DNA of 64,000 nt, from positions 72,880 to 136,879 of the forward strand of contig JAZNPH010000050.1 in the NCBI GenBank assembly GCA_045589515.1, in the 5' to 3' direction. The notes under the pieces are model-generated. The model did no database searches and had not been told where the DNA came from. It saw only the letters and a program-made list of their open reading frames with translations. The DNA comes from Eubacteriales bacterium (GTDB lineage: Bacteria > Bacillota > Clostridia > Oscillospirales > CAG-382). The first letter of the stretch is position 1. Each line of letters begins with the position of its first letter. Both the position numbers and the translations under genes were made by a program. Of the stretch, positions 54,100 through 62,825 are shown one piece after another.

Positions 54100-54351
54100 A
54101 TGGTTTTTTTATACGCTTTGGCCGCACAGACGAGACACTTTACCATGCCTTGGTGGATAGGCGCTGTCCTTGTGGGACTCGTGTTTCTGATCGCCCATCT
54201 TTACTGCGTGACGCGGAAATACCATTGCCCCAAATGCGGCAACACCTTTCGCGTAAAATGGTATGCCTTCTCTACTTGGTATCACACCGAGGATCGCAGA
54301 GTGGCAAAATGCCCACATTGCAAACGGAAGGGATTCTGCAAGTATGATTAA
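54100..54351 (+). CDS. small membrane protein with a C-terminal zinc ribbon
   Basis: 83 aa. TM WWIGAVLVGLVFLIAHLY, then CPKCG....CPHCK. The start is 3 nt after the merR stop. Confidence 0.55.
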   Translation: MVFLYALAAQTRHFTMPWWIGAVLVGLVFLIAHLYCVTRKYHCPKCGNTFRVKWYAFSTWYHTEDRRVAKCPHCKRKGFCKYD

Positions 54352-54799
54352 GAAAGAACGGCTTTTGATCCTGTGTTCTTGCTTGACCGTAGCGTTGCTT
54401 GTTGCCGTTTTTCATGGGTATTGGTGCTTGACAGCCGGTTCCCTTTTGCCGTTGTTCTTTGTGCTTCTTTCTTTGGCTTTGGCGGTTTCTTTTCGGAAAG
54501 CGACGCCCCGGGAGGAGCAAACTGCCTACGGAAGCGATCTGACGCCTGAGGAGCAGGGCTTGCTGGGAAAGTATACGTCTTTCGGCTTTGGCCTTTTGGT
54601 GCCTTGGCAGGGGATCTTTCTGTTCTTCTTTCCCACTGCTGTGAAGATGCTTTCCGTGTTGCTGTTTTTGGCAAGCTTTTTCGTGGGCCCCGGCCTGTTC
54701 CGTGTGCGTCACGGCAAGGAGCTGAAGTCCCGCTTCCTCCGGGAACGACTGGAATTGGAGGAGCAACGCAGGAAAGAAGAATCCGGCAAATGGAAATGA
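54344..54799 (+). CDS. 4-TM membrane protein, unknown function
   Basis: 151 aa. Overlaps the upstream stop. The C-terminus is basic/acidic (LELEEQRRKEESGKWK). Confidence 0.55.
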   Translation: MIKKERLLILCSCLTVALLVAVFHGYWCLTAGSLLPLFFVLLSLALAVSFRKATPREEQTAYGSDLTPEEQGLLGKYTSFGFGLLVPWQGIFLFFFPTAVKMLSVLLFLASFFVGPGLFRVRHGKELKSRFLRERLELEEQRRKEESGKWK

Positions 54800-54847
54800 T
54801 CCCTCCCGAAAACGACAGTTTTCGGCAATCAAGTTTCTTTGAGGATT

Positions 54848-54885
54848 CTTAAGGGGCTTTCTTTTTCGAAAGAAAGCCCCTTAAG
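54848..54885. repeat. perfect 17-bp hairpin with a UUCG tetraloop
   Basis: CTTAAGGGGCTTTCTTT-TTCG-AAAGAAAGCCCCTTAAG. No U-tract on either side. Confidence 0.6.
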
Positions 54886-54902
54886 CGTTCTCCCGTCCCC
54901 CC

Positions 54903-54942
54903 AAACGTCCGTGAAAAAAGCGGGCGTTTTCTTTTTCTTCCA
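54903..54942 (+). terminator. intrinsic terminator upstream of the miaA promoter
   Basis: AAACGTCCG / CGGGCGTTT stem followed by TCTTTTTCTT. Confidence 0.55.
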
Positions 54943-54943
54943 C

Positions 54944-54972
54944 TTGCTTTTTGGAAAGAGTTGTGATATAAT
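54944..54972 (+). promoter_or_regulatory. sigma-A promoter for miaA
   Basis: TTGCTT, 17 nt spacer, TGA-TATAAT (extended -10). Confidence 0.55.
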
Positions 54973-55004
54973 ATGGTACTTATTATTGGATCGTGTGGAA
55001 AGTC

Positions 55005-55883
55005 ATGAAAAAAATACCCGTTTACGCCGTGGTGGGCCCCACCGCCTCGGGAAAAAGTGCATACGCCATCCGTCTGGCAAAGGAGCTGGATGGGGAAGTG
55101 ATCAGCGGGGATTCCATGCAGATCTACCGCGGCATGGATATCGGCACCGCCAAGGCAAGTACGGAGGAACAGCAGGGTATCCCACACCATTTGCTGGACG
55201 TGGCTGAGATCACCGAGGGCTTTTCTGCAGGTCGGTTTATGGAGCTGGCAAGGGAAAAGATTGCCGAGATCTACGGAAGGGGGAAGACCCCCATCCTCTG
55301 CGGCGGCACGGGGCTGTATATCGAGCTGCTGCTCACCGGGAAACAGCTTTCCGAGAACACCGCCGATGAAAAGCTGCGTGAGGAGCTGTTGCAGTTTGCA
55401 AATGAACAGGGCAACGAGGCACTCCACGCAAGGCTTGCGGAAATGGATCCCAAGTCTGCGGAAAATATCCACCCCAACAACGTAAAGCGGGTGGTGAGAG
55501 CCTTGGAGATCGCCCTGACCACGGGAAGCACCAAAAGCGAGGCGGACGAAAAGAGCAGAGAAGGGGAAAACCCCTTTGCGCCCACCATCATCCGCCTGAC
55601 CTACGCAGACCGTGAGGAGCTTTACAAAAAGATCAACCTGCGGGTGCGCAAAATGTTTGAGGAAGGTCTGGAAAAAGAGGTGCGCACCCTTTGCGAAAAG
55701 GGCCTGCGGGAAACGCCTACCGCCTCCCAGGCCATCGGATACAAGGAGTTTTACCCCTATTTTGACGGTGAAATATCCTTAGAGCAGGTGGAAGAAGACA
55801 TCTGCCGCAACACCAGACGGTACGCCAAACGGCAGGAGACCTGGTTCTCCAGAATGCATTACGACCAATTGATCACACTTTGA
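55005..55883 (+). CDS. miaA: tRNA dimethylallyltransferase
   Basis: VVGPTASGKS P-loop and DSMQIYRGMDIGTAK. Confidence 0.95.
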   Translation: MKKIPVYAVVGPTASGKSAYAIRLAKELDGEVISGDSMQIYRGMDIGTAKASTEEQQGIPHHLLDVAEITEGFSAGRFMELAREKIAEIYGRGKTPILCGGTGLYIELLLTGKQLSENTADEKLREELLQFANEQGNEALHARLAEMDPKSAENIHPNNVKRVVRALEIALTTGSTKSEADEKSREGENPFAPTIIRLTYADREELYKKINLRVRKMFEEGLEKEVRTLCEKGLRETPTASQAIGYKEFYPYFDGEISLEQVEEDICRNTRRYAKRQETWFSRMHYDQLITL

Positions 55884-55905
55884 TTTCAAGACAAGGAGGG
55901 TTTTT

Positions 55906-57174
55906 ATGGCAAGGATCAAACGTTTCTTTTCCCAATTCGGCGTGACCGTGCTGTTGGTGACCCTCTGCGTCTATCTGGTCTTACAGCTGACCTTCGGCAT
56001 CGGCGAGGTGGCTGAAGTGGAGCATACCACCTACGTCACCGTGCGGGATACCGTCCAGCTGGAGGCTTACCTCTTCCGTGACGAGACTCCGCTTTACAGC
56101 GGTACGGAGGGGATCGACTGCTTCTTGGTGGACAACGGCGCAAGAGTGGCCAAGAGCACCAAGGTGGCCGTGACCTATACCGATGAAAACGATGCCTCCG
56201 TCCAGGAACGGATTACCCGTATTAACCGTATGATCCGCATTCTGGAGCTTTCCAACCTTACCGAGGGCGCCCAGACCACCGACCTTGCCATTTTGGATAA
56301 ACGGATCCTGGCGCTGACGGTGGAGCACCTGCGGGATATTGCCGACGGCGACCTTACCGCCGCCTTGCGGGGGGAGGAGGCCTTATGGGTGGAGATGAAC
56401 CGCCGACAGGCGCTGTTGGAGGATAATTTCGATTATTCTGCCCAGATCAACCTGCTTAAGCAGGAAAAGGCGGATTTGGAGGCTTCCCTTGCAGGGAGAT
56501 CTGTCACCGTTTCAGCCCCCTCTGCGGGGTACTATTACCAGTCTGCGGACGGCTATGAAAAGGTGTTCACCATGGATTCTTTGCGAAACTTGACGGTGGA
56601 CAGCTTTGACGAGCTGCTGAAATCTTCTGCGGACGGGGAGATCCTGACCCGCTCTTGTGGAAAAATGGTCCATTCCGCCGATTGGTACGTGGCGGTGTCT
56701 TTGGACAAGCGTTCTGCCAGCGGGTACACGGAAGGGAAGACCTACGAGATGGTGTTCCCCTTCTCTACGGGAATGCGGCTGACCATGACCTTGGATAAAA
56801 AAACGGTGCAGACCAACCGGGATCACGCTGTGCTGGTGTTCCGCTCCAACCAATTGCCCGAGGGCTTCGATTTCACCCGCCGCCAAACGGTTCAGCTGGT
56901 AGCGGGTACCTATTCCGGCATCCGTGTCAGCACCGATGCTTTGCGTATGCAGGACGGGGTGCTGGGCTGTTACGTGCTGGACGGTAACCACGTGATCTTC
57001 AAAAAGGCGGATGTTATCTACCGGGAGGAGGAGTTTGCCGTTTGCCGCGTGCCTTACAACAGCGTGAAGGGGAATCGGGACGACAAGGCCTTTATATCCG
57101 ACGAATTTGTTTCCTTGTACGACACGGTGGTGATCTCTGCCGATGATCTGTACGAGGGAAAAGTGTTGCAGTAA
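55906..57174 (+). CDS. membrane-anchored HlyD-like (membrane-fusion-type) protein, function unknown
   Basis: N-terminal TM, central coiled-coil region, beta-rich C-terminus. The family call is tentative. Confidence 0.5.
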   Translation: MARIKRFFSQFGVTVLLVTLCVYLVLQLTFGIGEVAEVEHTTYVTVRDTVQLEAYLFRDETPLYSGTEGIDCFLVDNGARVAKSTKVAVTYTDENDASVQERITRINRMIRILELSNLTEGAQTTDLAILDKRILALTVEHLRDIADGDLTAALRGEEALWVEMNRRQALLEDNFDYSAQINLLKQEKADLEASLAGRSVTVSAPSAGYYYQSADGYEKVFTMDSLRNLTVDSFDELLKSSADGEILTRSCGKMVHSADWYVAVSLDKRSASGYTEGKTYEMVFPFSTGMRLTMTLDKKTVQTNRDHAVLVFRSNQLPEGFDFTRRQTVQLVAGTYSGIRVSTDALRMQDGVLGCYVLDGNHVIFKKADVIYREEEFAVCRVPYNSVKGNRDDKAFISDEFVSLYDTVVISADDLYEGKVLQ

Positions 57175-57187
57175 CGGAGGGTTCCTT

Positions 57188-57868
57188 TTGAACACCAAAG
57201 CAGAGATCAAAGAGAATATCGAAAAAGCCTTGCAGGCGGTGGATGGCAGAGCGAGGGTGCTTCTGGCCACCAAGACCGTTCCTGCGGAGCTGATCAATTA
57301 CGCCGTCACCTGCGGCACCAACCTCATCGGAGAAAACCGTGTTCAGGAGCTGTTGGAAAAATACGACGCTTTGGACAAGGACAGGATGGAGATCCACTTT
57401 ATCGGACATCTTCAGACCAATAAGGTGAAATATATCATCGATAAGGTCTCTATGATCCACTCGGTGGACAGCATCTCCCTGGCGAAGGAGATCGAAAAGC
57501 AGGCCGCAAAGCATGACATGACGATGAAGATCCTCGTGGAGGTGAACATCGGAAACGAGCCGGGTAAGTCGGGCATTCCTTTGGAGGAAACGGAGACTTT
57601 TTTGGAAACTCTTTCGGCTTTTCCCCATCTTCTGCCCTGCGGACTGATGGTGATTCCGCCCAAAAGGGAGTTTCCCGAAGAAAATTTGCATTTTTTTGAA
57701 AAAATCTATCAAAAATTCATTGACATTCGGATAAAAAAAGAAGATAATAAGAATTGGGCAGTTTTGTCCGCCGGGATGAGCGGCGATTATTTGGAAGCCG
57801 TGTCCTGCGGGGCGAATTTGGTCCGTTTGGGCAGCTTGGTGTTTGGCGCACGGAGCTACCCCGTTTGA
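57188..57868 (+). CDS. yggS: YggS-family pyridoxal-phosphate homeostasis protein
   Basis: LLATKTV (PLP Lys), HFIGHLQTNK and SAGMSGDY. Probable TTG start after a GGAGGG SD. Confidence 0.88.
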   Translation: MNTKAEIKENIEKALQAVDGRARVLLATKTVPAELINYAVTCGTNLIGENRVQELLEKYDALDKDRMEIHFIGHLQTNKVKYIIDKVSMIHSVDSISLAKEIEKQAAKHDMTMKILVEVNIGNEPGKSGIPLEETETFLETLSAFPHLLPCGLMVIPPKREFPEENLHFFEKIYQKFIDIRIKKEDNKNWAVLSAGMSGDYLEAVSCGANLVRLGSLVFGARSYPV

Positions 57869-57918
57869 CTTTCATTAAAGAAAAGAATTTGTTATAAAAA
57901 CCATCATGGAGGTATATC

Positions 57919-58359
57919 ATGGGATTTTTAGGCCGTATCAACGAAATGTTTAAGGAAGACGACAGCTACCTGGAAGAAGAGGAAAACTTCAACGTAGCCG
58001 ACGAGAACGCAGAGGAGACCTTTGAGGAAAAGCCTGCTCCCGCAGCAGCTCCCAAGTCTACCGGCGTAGGCTCTGCCGCATCTTTGGAGATGAAGGTAGT
58101 GAAGCCCGAGCGTATGGATGCCGCTTTCGGCATCGGTGAGCATCTTCTCGCCAAACGTACCGTAGTGCTGAACTTTGAGGACACCAACAAGGAAACCGTT
58201 CGCCGTATTCTGGACTTCCTGGGCGGCGTTGTATTCGCCATTGAGGGCAACATTAAGAAGGTGTCCGATGCTACTTACATCGTCACCCCCAAGCACGTTG
58301 ACGTTACCGCTGACGTTCCTCCCCAGGCAGAGGCGCCCAAGTCCAGAGAACTGTTCTGA
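57919..58359 (+). CDS. sepF: cell division protein SepF
   Basis: C-terminal core VVLNFED....RRILDFLGG...A..G...KV....Y...P. Confidence 0.9.
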   Translation: MGFLGRINEMFKEDDSYLEEEENFNVADENAEETFEEKPAPAAAPKSTGVGSAASLEMKVVKPERMDAAFGIGEHLLAKRTVVLNFEDTNKETVRRILDFLGGVVFAIEGNIKKVSDATYIVTPKHVDVTADVPPQAEAPKSRELF

Positions 58360-58400
58360 GAGCTTCTTCTCTCCGTTTTTGCCAAGGAAAGTGAACCGAG

Positions 58401-58673
58401 TTGGAAGTTATTGAAGTTATCAAGTTTGCCGTATTGCTGTTCATAGAGGTCTTGGGTTACGCCATGCTGATCCGAGCGATATTACCCCTCCTCGGATTTG
58501 AGGAATCCATGGTCAACGTGGTCTGCTATGCGGTATCGGAGCCTGTGGTGGCACCTGTCCGAAGTCTTTTGGACCGTGTCACCGGCCTCCGGGAAACCGG
58601 GATCGATTTCTCCTTTATGGTCACCTTTTTGCTGTTGGAGATCGTCCGGATCTTTCTGCTGTCCTTTGCCTGA
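58401..58673 (+). CDS. yggT: YggT-family membrane protein
   Basis: 90 aa, YAMLIRAILPLL, in the conserved position after sepF. TTG start. Confidence 0.8.
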   Translation: MEVIEVIKFAVLLFIEVLGYAMLIRAILPLLGFEESMVNVVCYAVSEPVVAPVRSLLDRVTGLRETGIDFSFMVTFLLLEIVRIFLLSFA

Positions 58674-58768
58674 AAAGCAGGCGGGGAGAGCAGTTTTGCG
58701 GCGCAATTTTTCTCTTCGCGGAGAGACGCCGTTCCGTTTATAATTAACATTGAAAGGAACTTTGCAGG

Positions 58769-59437
58769 ATGCTTGCACCACACGAACTGAAAAACAAGCC
58801 CTTCTCCAAATCCATCAAGGGGTACAACCCCGCAGAGGTGGATGAGTACATCGAGTTTCTCATCGGAAAATACACCGAGGTATATCGTGAGAACAACGAG
58901 CTGGAACGGAAGCTCCACGTGGTCGTCACCAATCTGGACGAGATCAAGGACGAGGAGGAATCCATTCGAAGCACGCTGATCTCTGCGCAGAAGATGGCGG
59001 ACAAGATCGTCAAGGACGCAACCGACCGTGCGGACGTGATCACAGGCGCCATCAAGGAGCGTTGTGATGCGGTGATCGCAGAGTTCAAGGAGCAGCTGAA
59101 GGCCGAGAAGGAAGAAATGTGGGAGCTTCGCGCCCGCATTGTGGACTTCAAGAAGCAGTTGTTCGATCTGTACCGCGGTCATATCGAATCCATCAAGAAC
59201 GTGTCCGTCAACGAGATTGACGAGATCGTTTTGCCCGAGGAGGACGCTGTGGTTGCCCGTATCTTTACCGATGTGAAGCAGGGCATTGAGGAAAGCGATA
59301 CCGAGGCCAAGAAGGCTGCTAAGGACGAGCTGGAGGAGGAAAAGAGCTTTGTTCTCTCCCCCGAAGCTCCCGCCGAAAAACAGCCCACCGCTCAGGAGGC
59401 GGAGGATGATTTTCTTCGCTTCATGATGGAAGAGTAA
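58769..59437 (+). CDS. divIVA: DivIVA-domain protein
   Basis: L.P.EL.NK.F.K...GYN..EVDE(Y/F)I N-terminal DivIVA motif, followed by a coiled coil. Confidence 0.88.
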   Translation: MLAPHELKNKPFSKSIKGYNPAEVDEYIEFLIGKYTEVYRENNELERKLHVVVTNLDEIKDEEESIRSTLISAQKMADKIVKDATDRADVITGAIKERCDAVIAEFKEQLKAEKEEMWELRARIVDFKKQLFDLYRGHIESIKNVSVNEIDEIVLPEEDAVVARIFTDVKQGIEESDTEAKKAAKDELEEEKSFVLSPEAPAEKQPTAQEAEDDFLRFMMEE

Positions 59438-59490
59438 AGCCAAGTCAGCAGGAAAGGAAACGGCAAACCCTTGCCGTTAGGAATAGACAC

Positions 59491-62298
59491 ATGAAAGATT
59501 ACAAAGATACGTTGAATCTTCCCGTCACAGCCTTCCCCATGCGAGGGAATCTCCCCGCCAGAGAGCCGGAGTTCAAAAAGCGCTGGGACGAGATGGATCT
59601 TTACAAAAAGATGCTGGAGGTCAACGAGGGTAAGCCCTCCTTCATCCTCCACGACGGCCCTCCCTTCTCCAACGGTAACATCCACATGGGCCACGTGATG
59701 AATAAGGTGCTGAAGGACATGGTAAATAAATCCAAGTCCATGGCAGGCTACCGTACCCCCTTCGTTCCCGGCTGGGACAACCACGGTATGCCCATCGAAA
59801 GCGCCATCATCAAGCAGTCCAAGCTGGATCGCAAGCGTATGTCCATCCCCGAGTTCCGCTCTGCCTGCAAGGATTTCGCCATGAAGTTCGTGAAGCTGCA
59901 GAGAGAATCCTTCGAGCGTCTGGGCATCGTGGGGGATTGGGACGAGCCTTACCTCACCATGAACCCCTCCTTCGAGGCAAAGGAAGTCCGCGTTTTCGGC
60001 AAGATGTTCGAAAACGGTTATATCTATAAGGGCTTAAAACCCGTTTATTGGTGCGCCCACGACGAGACTGCTCTCGCTGAGGCGGAGATCGAGTACAAGG
60101 ACGCTCCCTGTACCTCTATCTACGTCAAATTCCGCGTTGCGGACGACCGGGGCAAGCTGGCAGACAGAGTGGATCTTTCCAAGACCTATTTCGTGATCTG
60201 GACCACCACCCCCTGGACTCTGCCCGGTAACGTTGCCATTGCCGTTCACCCCCGTGAATCCTATTGCATCGTCCGTGTAGGCGAGGAGAATTACATCATC
60301 GCCGAGGCGTTGGTAAACGACACCATGGCAAACGCAGGGATCGAAAATTACGAGATCCTTTGCAACGACCTCATCGGCTCCGACCTGGAGTACATGACCG
60401 CACAGCACCCCTTCCTGGACCGTACCAGCCAGCTTTGCGTGGCAGACTACGTTACCATGGACAGCGGTACCGGCTGTGTTCACACCGCTCCCGGCTACGG
60501 TGCGGAGGACTACCTCACCGGTATGAAGTACAAGTTGGAGATTTTGGTTCCCGTGGACGACAAGGGTTACCAGGGTGAGGCGGCAGGTAAGTTTGCAGGT
60601 CTGCGCTACGATGAGTCCAATCAGGCAATTCTGGAGGATATGAAGGAGTCCGGCGCTCTGCTGGCTTCCAAGGAGATCATCCACCCCTATCCCCATTGCT
60701 GGAGATGTAAGCATCCCATCATCTTCCGTGCCACTCCCCAGTGGTTCTGCTCCGTTGAGGCCTTCCGCGAGGACGCGGCAAAGGCTTGCGACAGCGTGAC
60801 CTGGATGCCCGCATGGGGCGGAGAACGCATGGTTTCCATGATCAACGAGCGCGCAGACTGGTGTATCTCCCGTCAGCGTCATTGGGGTCTGCCCATTCCC
60901 GTTCTTTATTGTAAGGATTGCGGCAAGCCCATCTGTACCGAAGAGACCATCAACCATATCTCTGCCGTGTTTGAGGCCGAAGGCTCCAACGCATGGTTCG
61001 AGAGAGAGGCAACCGGGCTTCTTCCCGAGGGCTTTGCTTGCCCCGATTGCGGATGCAAGTCCTTCGAGAAGGAGACCGATACTCTGGACGGCTGGTTCGA
61101 TTCCGGCTCCACCCACTTCGACGTGCTGGATGGCAGAGACGGTCATTCCCGTCCCGCAGATCTGTATTTGGAGGGCGGCGACCAGTACCGCGGTTGGTTC
61201 CAGGCATCTCTGTTGACCGCCATCGGCTCGGGTCTGGGAGAGGCACCCTATAAGGCAGTTCTCACCCATGGCTGGACGGTGGACGGCGAGGGTAAGGCAA
61301 TGCACAAATCCTTGGGCAACGGCGTAGAGCCCGAGTCCATCATCAAGGTCTACGGCGCGGATATCCTCCGTCTGTGGGTGGCTTCCAGCGATTACCGCGT
61401 AGACGTTCGCTGCTCCGACGCCATCTTCAAGCAGCTTGCGGAAAGCTACCGTAAGATCCGTAACACCTGCCGTATCCTGCTGGCAAATCTGGGGACTCCC
61501 GATACCGACTTCGATCCCGCAAAGCATATGATCCCCGTGGATCAAATGGAAGAGATCGACCGTTGGGCGCTCTCCCGCCTGAATGCACTGGTGGCTTCTG
61601 CCCGCAAGGCATACGACAATTACGAATTCCACGTCATCTGCCATGACGTATTGAATTTCTGTGCCATCGATATGTCCAAGCTGTATATCGATATCACCAA
61701 GGATCGTCTGTACTGCAACCGCAAGGACGCTCCCGAGCGCCGCAGTGCCCAGACGGCGATGTATCTCATCGTCAAGTCTCTGGCCAAGCTGTTGGCACCC
61801 ATCCTCTCCTTCACCGCAGAGGAGTTGTGGAGCTTTATGGCTCTCTCTGAGGGGGACAATACCGACTCCGTTCTTTGTAACGAGCTGCCCTCCGTCAACG
61901 AGACTTATTACAACCCCGAGCTGGAGGCCAAGTACGAGGGTCTGTTCCGTTACCGTGACGACGTGATGAAGGCTTTAGAGATTGCCCGTGCCGCTAAGGT
62001 CATCGGTAAGTCTCTGGAGGCCAAGGTCACCCTCTACGGAAAGGCAGATAACGAGGCTATGAAGCTGTTCTCCGCTCATCTTGACGAGCTGGAGGAGCTA
62101 TTCATCGTCAGCAAGGTGGCGCTTTCCGGTGAGGACGCTCCCGCAGAAGCCTTTGCCGAGACCGAAAGCGGCGTTGCCGTTCTGGTGGAAGAGGCAGAAG
62201 GGGAGAAGTGCGTCCGTTGTTGGGCGTATCGCGACGATTGTACCCACGATGAGGAAGGGCAGTGCCTCTGCGCACGTTGCCGTGAGGCTGTATGCTGA
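59491..62298 (+). CDS. ileS: isoleucine--tRNA ligase
   Basis: 935 aa. HMGH (PFSNGNIHMGH), KMHKS (KAMHKSLGN), and a C-terminal Cys cluster. Confidence 0.97.
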   Translation: MKDYKDTLNLPVTAFPMRGNLPAREPEFKKRWDEMDLYKKMLEVNEGKPSFILHDGPPFSNGNIHMGHVMNKVLKDMVNKSKSMAGYRTPFVPGWDNHGMPIESAIIKQSKLDRKRMSIPEFRSACKDFAMKFVKLQRESFERLGIVGDWDEPYLTMNPSFEAKEVRVFGKMFENGYIYKGLKPVYWCAHDETALAEAEIEYKDAPCTSIYVKFRVADDRGKLADRVDLSKTYFVIWTTTPWTLPGNVAIAVHPRESYCIVRVGEENYIIAEALVNDTMANAGIENYEILCNDLIGSDLEYMTAQHPFLDRTSQLCVADYVTMDSGTGCVHTAPGYGAEDYLTGMKYKLEILVPVDDKGYQGEAAGKFAGLRYDESNQAILEDMKESGALLASKEIIHPYPHCWRCKHPIIFRATPQWFCSVEAFREDAAKACDSVTWMPAWGGERMVSMINERADWCISRQRHWGLPIPVLYCKDCGKPICTEETINHISAVFEAEGSNAWFEREATGLLPEGFACPDCGCKSFEKETDTLDGWFDSGSTHFDVLDGRDGHSRPADLYLEGGDQYRGWFQASLLTAIGSGLGEAPYKAVLTHGWTVDGEGKAMHKSLGNGVEPESIIKVYGADILRLWVASSDYRVDVRCSDAIFKQLAESYRKIRNTCRILLANLGTPDTDFDPAKHMIPVDQMEEIDRWALSRLNALVASARKAYDNYEFHVICHDVLNFCAIDMSKLYIDITKDRLYCNRKDAPERRSAQTAMYLIVKSLAKLLAPILSFTAEELWSFMALSEGDNTDSVLCNELPSVNETYYNPELEAKYEGLFRYRDDVMKALEIARAAKVIGKSLEAKVTLYGKADNEAMKLFSAHLDELEELFIVSKVALSGEDAPAEAFAETESGVAVLVEEAEGEKCVRCWAYRDDCTHDEEGQCLCARCREAVC

Positions 62299-62825
62299 TC
62301 GCAGTCCTTTCCGTCCTCTTTGGCTCGGTGATCTTGGATCAGGTTACCAAGGCCATCGTGGTCTCCCAGATGGAGCTGTATGAGGAAGCGGCGTTTCTGC
62401 CCGGACTTGTACGGTTCTACCACACCCGCAACACCGGCGCGGCCTTCAGTATGTTCTCCGACAACCGTTGGGTGTTCATGGTGTTCTCTTTGATCGCCAT
62501 GGTGCTGATGACCTATTTGCTGGTAAAGTTCCACGGAAGACATTGGATGCTTTCCGTTTCCCTGGCGGCTGTGCTGGGGGGCGGCATCGGCAACATGATC
62601 GACCGTGTGCTTTGCGGCTACGTAGTGGATTTTCTGGATTTTCAGTTTATGAAGTTTGCCGTGTTCAACGTGGCGGACATCTTTGTCACCTGTGGCTCCG
62701 TGGCTTTGGCGGTGTATATCATCTTTATTGAACCCAAGGTGGAGCGCCGTCTGCAGGAGCAAAAGACGGCAAATACCGTCCCGGAGGAGGCTCCCTGTGA
62801 AGGAAACGACGACGGTGACAAGTGA
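62292..62825 (+). CDS. lspA: signal peptidase II
   Basis: DQVTK, NTGAAFS and FNVADIFVTCG motifs. Confidence 0.93.
   Translation: MLIAVLSVLFGSVILDQVTKAIVVSQMELYEEAAFLPGLVRFYHTRNTGAAFSMFSDNRWVFMVFSLIAMVLMTYLLVKFHGRHWMLSVSLAAVLGGGIGNMIDRVLCGYVVDFLDFQFMKFAVFNVADIFVTCGSVALAVYIIFIEPKVERRLQEQKTANTVPEEAPCEGNDDGDK

Noticed and set aside
59438-59490. An expected T-box leader upstream of ileS. I also looked for T-box or S-box leaders upstream of thrC, proBA and the trans-sulfuration gene.
   Set aside because: The gaps are too short for such leaders (53 nt, overlapping, 108 nt and 68 nt respectively). They contain no specifier or T-box sequence. ileS appears to be co-transcribed with divIVA.
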